From positions 96,001 through 160,000 of IMG/VR virus record IMGVR_UViG_3300037483_000453: DNA of 64,000 nucleotides; one strand, 5' to 3'. Numbering within the stretch: the first letter of the stretch is position 1; every line of letters begins with the position of its first letter. The notes beneath the pieces were generated by a model that saw only the letters and a list, made by a program, of their open reading frames with translations, ran no database searches and had not been told where the DNA came from. The stretch is from a virus. Of this stretch, positions 19,081-26,313 are shown piece after piece. The position numbers were made by a program, and so were the translations under genes.

Positions 19081-19402
19081 CGACTACATGCTGGTCGAGC
19101 TCGATGCCATCCCTGAGAGAACAGCAGGTGGGATCATTCGAGTTGGTTCACTGGACCGGGGCAAAGAGCCAATCCGTACTGGCGTGGTTCTTATGGCGGG
19201 CCCTGGTCGACGCTACACCGACAAGTTCGTGCCTATGCCTAACGACGTCATCGGTATGCGTGTGGCATTCATGATCGCTGCGGCACAGACAAAGGGTGGG
19301 AGGGTCCTTCGAGATACCCTTGCGCTTGATAACGACCATGAAATCATTCGTTTGGGTGATGTCCTTTTTGACGTCGATGAGGATGTTGAGGTGTCAAGGT
19401 GA
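19055..19402 (+). CDS. groES: GroES/Cpn10-like co-chaperonin
   Basis: AGGAGG RBS; IQRLRSDYMLVE...TAGGII (mobile loop)...GVVLMAGPG; ends IIRLGDVLF. Confidence 0.8.
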   Translation: MRRIQRLRSDYMLVELDAIPERTAGGIIRVGSLDRGKEPIRTGVVLMAGPGRRYTDKFVPMPNDVIGMRVAFMIAAAQTKGGRVLRDTLALDNDHEIIRLGDVLFDVDEDVEVSR

Positions 19403-19659
19403 GGTTGATCACAGTAAATAGCGGCACGGTGGAACTGAACTACATGTGGCTTCCTACGTTCATCGGGCAGAATGCCACGTTCAAGAAAAAGCTTGAAGAG
19501 GACTTGCGTGACAAGATTGAGGGGCGTGAGGTCACCCCAGCTAACTTAGATGACATCAACAGTCTGGTACTCAGCTACATCTGTGAAACTTTCAAGTTTA
19601 CGGGGCTCAACGACTACCTGGATGGGTTGAAGTTTGTACTGGAAGGGACCAATGGCTAG
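19399..19659 (+). CDS. hypothetical protein
   Basis: GTGA overlap; 86 aa. Confidence 0.65.
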   Translation: MRLITVNSGTVELNYMWLPTFIGQNATFKKKLEEDLRDKIEGREVTPANLDDINSLVLSYICETFKFTGLNDYLDGLKFVLEGTNG

Positions 19660-19822
19660 TCGAGATGCACGCGTGTCGATCAGGGTGCCTGACACGCTCA
19701 AGCAGTGGGCAGTGGGTTATGCCAAGGAGCACAACACCACTGTCACTGCCTTGGTTACAAGGTTTCTCACACGGCTGCACCAAGAGGACGCCAAGCGCCA
19801 AGCTGACGCGGAGCAAGTCTAG
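19652..19822 (+). CDS. ribbon-helix-helix DNA-binding protein
   Basis: RVSIRVPDTLKQWAVGYAKEHNTTVTALVTRFL matches the Arc/CopG-type pattern. Confidence 0.7.
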   Translation: MASRDARVSIRVPDTLKQWAVGYAKEHNTTVTALVTRFLTRLHQEDAKRQADAEQV

Positions 19823-20394
19823 TGTCAGAGCTGCATCTAGTCACCCATTCCATCGATGTGCCCAAGAACACTGGTATCGAAGGGTTCATGCTCACTATAC
19901 GCGAGCTTCTCAAGCTTGCTAGGCTGCAGTCCATCAGCATTGATGCCAAGGGCAAGGTTACCTACAAGAGGTATGTGGAGGAGGGTGAGAAGCAGAAAAT
20001 CGGTGTGGACTATGAAGGCGTTGAGCCATGGCACATCACACGTAATGCCCCCGATGGTGTGGAGGAGTTGATGCTCAACACTCCTAACGCCGCTGTTACC
20101 CTAGCTGGGGTTCTGGACCGGTCGTCCCAGGAGAAGCTGCACCCAACGGCATTTGTGGTTAGCCCCAATACCACCCTGTGGTGGTGGTACCAGCACACAA
20201 CTGGTTTTTCCCTGGGCTCTCATAAGCACCTGTGTGGCCTACCTATCTACTTTGATAGGCACATCCCAGACACGGCACTCATCTTGTGCTCATCGTTTGT
20301 GAGAGACGGGGCCCTTGTAGATACACAAAAGGCGTTCAAGATAGAGATGGGTTACTCCGTGGCACCAGCAATAGATATGGAGATACAAGTATGA
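19822..20394 (+). CDS. hypothetical protein
   Basis: GTG start overlapping the upstream stop; 190 aa. Confidence 0.65.
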   Translation: MSELHLVTHSIDVPKNTGIEGFMLTIRELLKLARLQSISIDAKGKVTYKRYVEEGEKQKIGVDYEGVEPWHITRNAPDGVEELMLNTPNAAVTLAGVLDRSSQEKLHPTAFVVSPNTTLWWWYQHTTGFSLGSHKHLCGLPIYFDRHIPDTALILCSSFVRDGALVDTQKAFKIEMGYSVAPAIDMEIQV

Positions 20395-20885
20395 CTAAGC
20401 CAGTAACCAAGGCAGTTGTGAGTGCGGGAATCGTGGATGGTGATGCTCTGGCCCAGATCCAACGATGGATTCAGCCGGGCTTAACCATGGATAACTGGGT
20501 CGAAGATGGGGAGGCTGTCGTGTCAGCTGCAGCCGTGGCACAAAAGATCATGGAAGCGGTGGAGTCTGAGGAGGCTATAGAGATTCGGTCTACTGACCTG
20601 GACATCATCTCGCAGTACCTGGCATCTAGGAGGAGAGCCAAACTGCATGTGCCTAATCCTGATAATCCTGAGAAGACTGTGGGCATCCCGGTTGAGTACT
20701 GTAAGACCCGCTTGGGTGAGATTGTGATCCCATGGACCTCAGAATCTATCAACGATACTATTCTTGACGATCGCACGTACCTCAAGCCCGTAGGTGAAGA
20801 TCGGATCTACTTTGCAGATGTACGTGAGTTGTTTCATGGAGGGCACAAGGCATTCATGGTCTGCGAGCCGGCGAAGGGGAAGTAA
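20391..20885 (+). CDS. hypothetical protein
   Basis: GGAG RBS; ATGA overlap. Confidence 0.7.
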   Translation: MTKPVTKAVVSAGIVDGDALAQIQRWIQPGLTMDNWVEDGEAVVSAAAVAQKIMEAVESEEAIEIRSTDLDIISQYLASRRRAKLHVPNPDNPEKTVGIPVEYCKTRLGEIVIPWTSESINDTILDDRTYLKPVGEDRIYFADVRELFHGGHKAFMVCEPAKGK

Positions 20886-20887
20886 GC

Positions 20888-21325
20888 GTGACTCACGATA
20901 CACTGAAAAGGGTGCTCGCATCCAAAGCCGGTTTCGAGCCCATCGAGGAACAGGTAGGTGACAACCGTATTCGATATTTTGGCCGGGTGCGCCCGCACAA
21001 CATGGGTACTTGGTTGGAGACTATGCGAAGTTTGCTAGTTGCCTCTGGCCAGTCCCAGTGGACAGCAGACTTGTCAAAGCAGTACTTCCTGCGGGGAGAT
21101 AAAGTTTTCTTCGGGTGGCGTATTATCATCCAAGGTCCTGACGTAGCCCAGCACCTGGCCCACATCGTGCAAGTGGTCAACGCAGCCAAGATTGTGGAGC
21201 ACCAGCTCGATGAGGTATCCCTGCATGCGCCTCCTAACCGTAATGCTTTGCATAACGGTAAAGGTGCTCAGGGCATGCTCAATGCAGTGGTTGGTCCAAG
21301 GGCCAAAGCGCAAATGGGGCTGTAA
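20888..21325 (+). CDS. hypothetical protein
   Basis: Contiguous in the operon; 145 aa. Confidence 0.65.
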   Translation: MTHDTLKRVLASKAGFEPIEEQVGDNRIRYFGRVRPHNMGTWLETMRSLLVASGQSQWTADLSKQYFLRGDKVFFGWRIIIQGPDVAQHLAHIVQVVNAAKIVEHQLDEVSLHAPPNRNALHNGKGAQGMLNAVVGPRAKAQMGL

Positions 21326-21981
21326 TGGCCACTGTAACCCCACTGGCTGATCCATTAGGACTTGCACCATCCAATCCTTTTATGGATGCGGAGGAGAAAG
21401 AGGTCCTTGAGAAGCGGAAGTCTGCGCTCGACAAGTTGCTCGAGGAGCAGAACATTGCGAAGTACAAGATCGAGATCTTGTTCGCCAAAAACTACTCCCC
21501 TAGCAAACCATCAGCTGGCATTATGTCGTTCTGGGAGAGTGGTACCAAACTTCATGGAGGGGGGGATACCATCCTTCACATGTGCCCAGGCAAGGACCTA
21601 GGGAAGAACAACTGTGATGCCTTCATACCTGACGCTTCCCACGGTTACGAGTTCCTGGTCTGCCCGGTATGTCATGTAGTCTGGGAAGGGGCACAGGTTT
21701 CTGGTCAGATAGCCTATAGGCTCACAGCCCAGGATTGGGCTAAGGTTGTGCTAAAGTACTATCAGAAGTTGGAGATGAGAGCGGACATCTACATGAAGTA
21801 CCACCCACAAGATATCCGTACTGCTGCCGCGCTAGAGCAATCGAAGCAGCATATGGGTGATATGCTCCTTGGTGCTCGCCGCAGTCGTCGTCCACGCATA
21901 TATCCTCTGTCCAATATCCTCAAAGACACAAGCGCAGGGGCCGACCTTGAAGCTCGCTTCCTTGCATTCCTGAGGGCATGA
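21325..21981 (+). CDS. hypothetical protein with Cys cluster
   Basis: TAATG overlap; HMCPG...C...CPVCH. Confidence 0.7.
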   Translation: MATVTPLADPLGLAPSNPFMDAEEKEVLEKRKSALDKLLEEQNIAKYKIEILFAKNYSPSKPSAGIMSFWESGTKLHGGGDTILHMCPGKDLGKNNCDAFIPDASHGYEFLVCPVCHVVWEGAQVSGQIAYRLTAQDWAKVVLKYYQKLEMRADIYMKYHPQDIRTAAALEQSKQHMGDMLLGARRSRRPRIYPLSNILKDTSAGADLEARFLAFLRA

Positions 21982-22301
21982 TGAGCTCAGTGAGAACAAA
22001 CCCTGCATACGCATCTTTGGCCTACCGCAGAACCATCATCCACCAGGCCATCACGTACCTGAAGCGTGAGTTTGTGGGGGTAGACGAGGACCCTAAGCAG
22101 AGAATGGTCTGCGAGGAGGTTCTTGCAGTTGATGCAGAAGTGCCCATCGAGGAGGTAGCCAGCTACCTACAGGAGCTCGAGCGGGAAAAACACGAACTAA
22201 CACTGGAACTCGGTAAGTTCGAGTTCACTAGGCGGAATCAGAATGATGACCAAAAGCAGCCAAAAGCGAAGAGTCAAGCGCGGCATAAAAACCGCAAGTA
22301 A
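21978..22301 (+). CDS. hypothetical protein
   Basis: ATGA overlap; helical, basic tail. Confidence 0.65.
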   Translation: MMSSVRTNPAYASLAYRRTIIHQAITYLKREFVGVDEDPKQRMVCEEVLAVDAEVPIEEVASYLQELEREKHELTLELGKFEFTRRNQNDDQKQPKAKSQARHKNRK

Positions 22302-22749
22302 AAAGACCGCTCAAGCCATTGCCAAGAATAACGGTTTGGATATCTCCATGGAGGTTTCGGCCGATCCACTGGTGCAGGGAGCTAAAATTTCAGCTCTTGA
22401 GAAGGCTCTGGAGCGTGTCGTTCACATGTCACAGGTTAACCAGGCCGAGCTCATCAGAGCTTTCCAACTCACCGATGCCCATCTCTGGGTACTTCGTCAA
22501 CTTTGCAAAGACATCGTCACTGACACCGTTATGCTTGTGGACTCGGAAACCCCTGCGGTGAACATGGATGCCTACTACAGCCTTTTCAACGCGAAGCAGC
22601 GGCAGGAGGCTGAGGCCGAGGCCGCTGCGAAGGCGCTCAAAGATGCTGGTGTGACACCTTTGGAGTCTGATAGTCCGGAGGTCTTCGGGGGTACCCCTGC
22701 GGGTCACACCGCAGTACCAACGGAGGAGACCAATGGCGCGCATCCGTAA
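22243..22749 (+). CDS. hypothetical protein
   Basis: 168 aa; basic N-terminus. Confidence 0.6.
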   Translation: MMTKSSQKRRVKRGIKTASKKTAQAIAKNNGLDISMEVSADPLVQGAKISALEKALERVVHMSQVNQAELIRAFQLTDAHLWVLRQLCKDIVTDTVMLVDSETPAVNMDAYYSLFNAKQRQEAEAEAAAKALKDAGVTPLESDSPEVFGGTPAGHTAVPTEETNGAHP

Positions 22750-22924
22750 AGGCACTCAGTCCCTGGGCAATGGCAAGGTCATGATCAAAACCAACTCAGC
22801 CAAGGGCGTTAGGAAGATCCGGTGTATGAGGTGTAAGAATCTCGTTGCGCCTTCCCAGGGTAACGACGGTAAGCCGGTCTATCGTTGCATCTGTGGTAGG
22901 TCGTTCCGCAGCACTACAATGTAG
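22733..22924 (+). CDS. small basic zinc-ribbon protein
   Basis: GGAGGAG RBS; CMRCK...CICG. Confidence 0.7.
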   Translation: MARIRKGTQSLGNGKVMIKTNSAKGVRKIRCMRCKNLVAPSQGNDGKPVYRCICGRSFRSTTM

Positions 22925-23306
22925 AGCGGTGCATCAACCAACTCTTCTTCAGCTGCCCTATGATCCTGAAGTGATGCCCGAGATACATCCGGACGGCCCG
23001 ACTGTTCGTCTTCTCCACGCACAGGATGGTGTCCAGCTTGGTGCTTCCGAGCACATCAAGCAGCATTCGGTTCCCCAGGCCTCTGCCTTGGTGAGATGGC
23101 CTCACTCCGAAACGGGTGATGTCCATGATTTCCCAGTCCCAGCGGGCCAGCAGGTAGCTTACGAGCTCGCCTTTTTCATAGATGACAATGCCACCACCGG
23201 CATCGACTTCTCGAGCTAGTGTGCGTTCATTGAAGCTATTGTTGGGGAATAGCTCCATGTCCAGTGCGGCAATGGCCTGGACGTCTGCACTGGTAACGCT
23301 TTGCAT
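22914..23306 (-). CDS. GNAT acetyltransferase, RimI-like
   Basis: DITRFGVRPSHQGRGLG (acetyl-CoA motif A), VEKTNSRAVRMY...F. Confidence 0.85.
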   Translation of the reverse strand: MQSVTSADVQAIAALDMELFPNNSFNERTLAREVDAGGGIVIYEKGELVSYLLARWDWEIMDITRFGVRPSHQGRGLGNRMLLDVLGSTKLDTILCVEKTNSRAVRMYLGHHFRIIGQLKKSWLMHRSTL

Positions 23307-23344
23307 GACTGGATAGTAACAAAAGATTGTGTTAGGAGGAGCCC

Positions 23345-23596
23345 ATGGAGAGACTCAGCAAAGTTCAGGTGCTCATCAATGGTAAAGGGACTCTCGAGAA
23401 GGAGGTTGATGAGGACATCGCCGCCTTCGCACAGTATTTCTGTGGAGAACTGAAGAATGCTTCACTCTCGAGGCCAGAGCGGGCGATACTGAAGACATAT
23501 CTGTTTTACAAGACACGGGTGTGTGTCTGTGGAGAAGATGATAACAGGGACCCGAGTAAGTCCCTTCCTCATAAGACCTGGTGCCCGCTGGGCTAG
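23345..23596 (+). CDS. hypothetical protein
   Basis: AGGAGGAG RBS; CVCG...HKTWC. Confidence 0.65.
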   Translation: MERLSKVQVLINGKGTLEKEVDEDIAAFAQYFCGELKNASLSRPERAILKTYLFYKTRVCVCGEDDNRDPSKSLPHKTWCPLG

Positions 23597-23658
23597 GCAT
23601 CAGTGTGTTTAAGCTAACTAGGCCCACCTTTGGTGGAAGGCTCATTAGGAGGATCCCA

Positions 23659-24021
23659 GTGGCAAAGAAGAACGTAGTTGAGATCACTTGTGACCGTTGT
23701 GACCGAACTGAATACGTGGATCCCAGCACGTACAACGTACATGCGGACCTGGAGCTGTACTTTGGACCTAGAAAGGGGGAGCACGAGGCGGATGACATCG
23801 CCGGTCATTCAACATGCGAGATTCTGGCTCATTTCAATGACCTGTGCTCGAGCTGCCGAAAAACGGTAAAGAACCTGTCCGAGCAGATCGCCAAGAAAAT
23901 CTCCTGGAAGCGCAACAAAGGCGGCGAGGAGGAACTCGATGATAAAAAAGGAGGACCAGCGGTCCCCCCTTCTACCCCTACGCTGCGTCTCGAGACTGAC
24001 GGTCAGGTGCCCTCAGTTTGA
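23659..24021 (+). CDS. Cys-motif hypothetical protein
   Basis: AGGAGG RBS before GTG; CDRCD...CSSCR. Confidence 0.65.
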   Translation: MAKKNVVEITCDRCDRTEYVDPSTYNVHADLELYFGPRKGEHEADDIAGHSTCEILAHFNDLCSSCRKTVKNLSEQIAKKISWKRNKGGEEELDDKKGGPAVPPSTPTLRLETDGQVPSV

Positions 24022-24628
24022 TGAGGTTTGGCCTCATCCCCGAGGGTGTCAGCCGGTACATTACAAAGGGTGGCTCGGAGCCCCTGGGTAAAGCCACCCG
24101 GAAGGCGGCCCCTGGGTGCATGATGAACAGAGCACCGCCTGCGACCTCCGCTACCATCTCGATACCCACCACTTCATCTAGTGGGGGGTAGTTGCGGATT
24201 ACCTTGAGACCGTCCGTGCCCCTGGCACTTACGCTCTCCACTTTGTAGCACCCCGTAGCCCGGTAGCCCTGGGGCTGTGGTCGCATCAGGTGCACCAGGG
24301 CACGCCGGTCCAGGTCATTGCCTGGGCGACTGACAAGGCAGCATTTTGCCAAGTCCTTCAAGTGTCCCGTTGGCTGGGTTACCAGCCCTTCTTCAGTGAA
24401 CTCAGTATTCATGAGGGTTGGCAAAGCCAACTGCTTGCCCTTTAGGGCTGGCAGTTCCAATGCTTTTTGGTCCAGATTGATCATCTGGTCAAACCAGTCC
24501 TGGGACACAGCCAGAAACGTCTCAGTGTCACCAACGCTAACCCCTGGACAGCTGGCTGGTACCGAGGAGTTCTTGATGCGGATGCCCCGCTCGACTTCGC
24601 TACCCGCGACTAATGTGAAGCAGTACAT
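23978..24628 (-). CDS. hypothetical protein
   Basis: GGGAG RBS; GTGATAAG motif upstream. Confidence 0.6.
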   Translation of the reverse strand: MYCFTLVAGSEVERGIRIKNSSVPASCPGVSVGDTETFLAVSQDWFDQMINLDQKALELPALKGKQLALPTLMNTEFTEEGLVTQPTGHLKDLAKCCLVSRPGNDLDRRALVHLMRPQPQGYRATGCYKVESVSARGTDGLKVIRNYPPLDEVVGIEMVAEVAGGALFIMHPGAAFRVALPRGSEPPFVMYRLTPSGMRPNLIKLRAPDRQSRDAA

Positions 24629-24680
24629 ACATCTCCCGTCTGTGCGATGTTGAACCGTAGGATGCTTGTCCTACAGCTTT

Positions 24681-24688
24681 CTTATCAC
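24681..24688 (-). promoter_or_regulatory. candidate phage promoter -10 element GTGATAAG
   Basis: Intergenic, ~50 nt upstream of the 24628 start; CAAAG 15 nt upstream. Confidence 0.5.
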
Positions 24689-24711
24689 CGCACAGACGGG
24701 AGGCTTTGCGT

Positions 24712-24984
24712 TCAGCCAGCGCAGGCCAGTGGTGCCTCTAGCGTCAAGGACTCTAGAAGAGCGGTGGTATGTCGAACTGCACTGTCGATGACCTCGGTAC
24801 CCGTAGGCTCTACATGGTGGAGGGTCGTGAGGGCACACAGGGCGTCAGTCACAGAGAAGACTTCCAGCCCGCGGAGCTGGGCAGCCTCATCCTCGAAGCC
24901 GCCCCGTATCATCTCCGTGCAACACATTTCGATCATGACTGTCGCGTCACCAAAGCTTGTAGGTTCTAGGAATGTAGTCCGCAT
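24712..24984 (-). CDS. hypothetical protein
   Basis: GGAG RBS; 90 aa. Confidence 0.55.
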   Translation of the reverse strand: MRTTFLEPTSFGDATVMIEMCCTEMIRGGFEDEAAQLRGLEVFSVTDALCALTTLHHVEPTGTEVIDSAVRHTTALLESLTLEAPLACAG

Positions 24985-25068
24985 GGTATTACTCCTTTTT
25001 GCGGGAGCTATTGACAGAACACTAATGCACTGAGAGTAGAAAGTCCAATGGTCAATAAATGCGGAGGT

Positions 25069-25278
25069 CTAGTCTGGGATGATGGCGTCACAAGTGTACC
25101 CACAGTTAGTACATTTGCAGTTGTACCATTGTCCCACAACTTCTGATGGTCCAGCCTGCCGCGCATCGAGCTTACGCTCGAGCGTTCCTTTGCAGTTAGG
25201 GCATATACCAGATCGAATAAGGGCGTTTTCGGCCTTGATAGCCTTCAGGTGCTGTAGATACCCGAGTTGTTCCTTCAT
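25069..25278 (-). CDS. small zinc-ribbon protein
   Basis: GGAG RBS; CPNCK...CTNCG. Confidence 0.65.
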   Translation of the reverse strand: MKEQLGYLQHLKAIKAENALIRSGICPNCKGTLERKLDARQAGPSEVVGQWYNCKCTNCGYTCDAIIPD

Positions 25279-25361
25279 AGTTTCTCCGTGGGGCTGGGGC
25301 GCACAAGGGCAGTCACCATTGGAAGCTAAAAGAGAGGGCAAAAGCCCTCCCTCTACACTCT

Positions 25362-25538
25362 TCACCCGATCCAGCGCTTCAACCCGATCCAGCTCAGCTG
25401 GCTCGCGATCATGACGACGAGGCCAGTTGTTCCGACCTTCGCGCACTTCATGTTGAAGGTCTCATCCACCTGGTTGTTGGTGCGGCCCACCCCTGGCTTC
25501 GCGCTTGCATGGGTCTGGTTTTGTGTCTGCTCGGTCAT
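25362..25538 (-). CDS. small protein with hydrophobic C-terminus
   Basis: GGAG RBS before ATG at 25538; motif promoter upstream. Confidence 0.45.
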   Translation of the reverse strand: MTEQTQNQTHASAKPGVGRTNNQVDETFNMKCAKVGTTGLVVMIASQLSWIGLKRWIG

Positions 25539-25583
25539 CCTGCTCTCCGTTTTGTTTGAGGCGAATCGCCTCGGGACATTTTT

Positions 25584-25591
25584 CTTATCAC
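25584..25591 (-). promoter_or_regulatory. candidate phage promoter -10 element GTGATAAG
   Basis: CAAAA 13 nt upstream; 46 nt before ATG at 25538. Confidence 0.5.
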
Positions 25592-25764
25592 TGTGTTTCT
25601 GCGATTTTGCTAGCTCTGGGCGCATCAACCCACTTTTGTAGTAGGCATTCATGAGCGCCTCCGCGCTCATGTGGTGCACCAGGGGCCTTGGTGGTTTTCG
25701 TGACCTCTTGGACCCCTCTTTTACTGCCACTTCCTTTGCTGTGCCATCCTCCATGGGGTCTCCT

Positions 25765-26004
25765 TCACTCGGCCCTATGTGACTGCTTGCGCTGCAACCC
25801 CCGCCTGAAGGCGGACACTTTGTCTTCGTTGGTCATGGTGTCCCACAACCGAAGGTCATCCTCGGTCACTACGACTTTGATGTCCTTCTCCACAAATGAC
25901 CGCCCAGGTCTTTTGTGGAGTATGTCCTTCAAGTAGCAGTGCTGGACCAGTACTTCATCGATGGCCAGGAGGCACGCTGCAACTCCTATAAGTGCTGTAA
26001 CCAT
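25765..26004 (-). CDS. small protein with hydrophobic N-terminus
   Basis: AAGGAG RBS; motif promoter upstream. Confidence 0.6.
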   Translation of the reverse strand: MVTALIGVAACLLAIDEVLVQHCYLKDILHKRPGRSFVEKDIKVVVTEDDLRLWDTMTNEDKVSAFRRGLQRKQSHRAE

Positions 26005-26024
26005 ATTCGTCTCCTTCCATGTGT

Positions 26025-26032
26025 CTTATCCC
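26025..26032 (-). promoter_or_regulatory. candidate phage promoter -10 element GGGATAAG
   Basis: A-tract 13 nt upstream; 21 nt before ATG at 26004. Confidence 0.55.
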
Positions 26033-26054
26033 TGGCTGTTACACGTTTTTTCAT

Positions 26055-26079
26055 AGGTAAAAAGGCGCCGGGCGGCGCC
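26055..26079 (-). terminator. intrinsic terminator
   Basis: GGCGCC-GCCC-GGCGCC stem followed by TTTTTACCT on the minus strand. Confidence 0.6.
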
Positions 26080-26227
26080 AAGAACCCGGTGCCTACTAAG
26101 ACACCGGGTCCTCTCGGAGAGAGATGTTGAAGGAGACCCCTCGACAAGGTGCCCCACCCGGCGACTCGAACCCACTGGGGCTCTTAACAACAGCAGCTGC
26201 CACCCAGAGCTTGCTACTCCTGTCCAT
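26058..26227 (-). ncRNA. candidate structured RNA (or leaderless 43-aa ORF 26096-26227)
   Basis: Own motif promoter (26232-26239) and terminator; GGTTCGAGTC T-loop-like motif; several stems. Confidence 0.35.
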
Positions 26228-26231
26228 GGTT

Positions 26232-26239
26232 CTTATCCC
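26232..26239 (-). promoter_or_regulatory. candidate phage promoter -10 element GGGATAAG
   Basis: CAAAA 14 nt upstream; intergenic. Confidence 0.55.
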
Positions 26240-26313
26240 TGCAAACACCATAGTTTTGTATGCCCGTGATAAAGTAGAAGGGCACAGCAGGGTAAACAGT
26301 AATAGGTCAAATC

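Noticed and set aside
26148-26220. Intact tRNA gene (T-loop GGTTCGAGTC; Asn-like CTGTT..AA)
   Set aside because: T-stem and acceptor stem do not pair and the end is ACCT, not NCCA; kept only as a candidate structured RNA
26266-26274. GTGATAAAG upstream of the tape measure as another motif promoter
   Set aside because: Mismatch at the last position and no A-rich box at the right spacing; not counted
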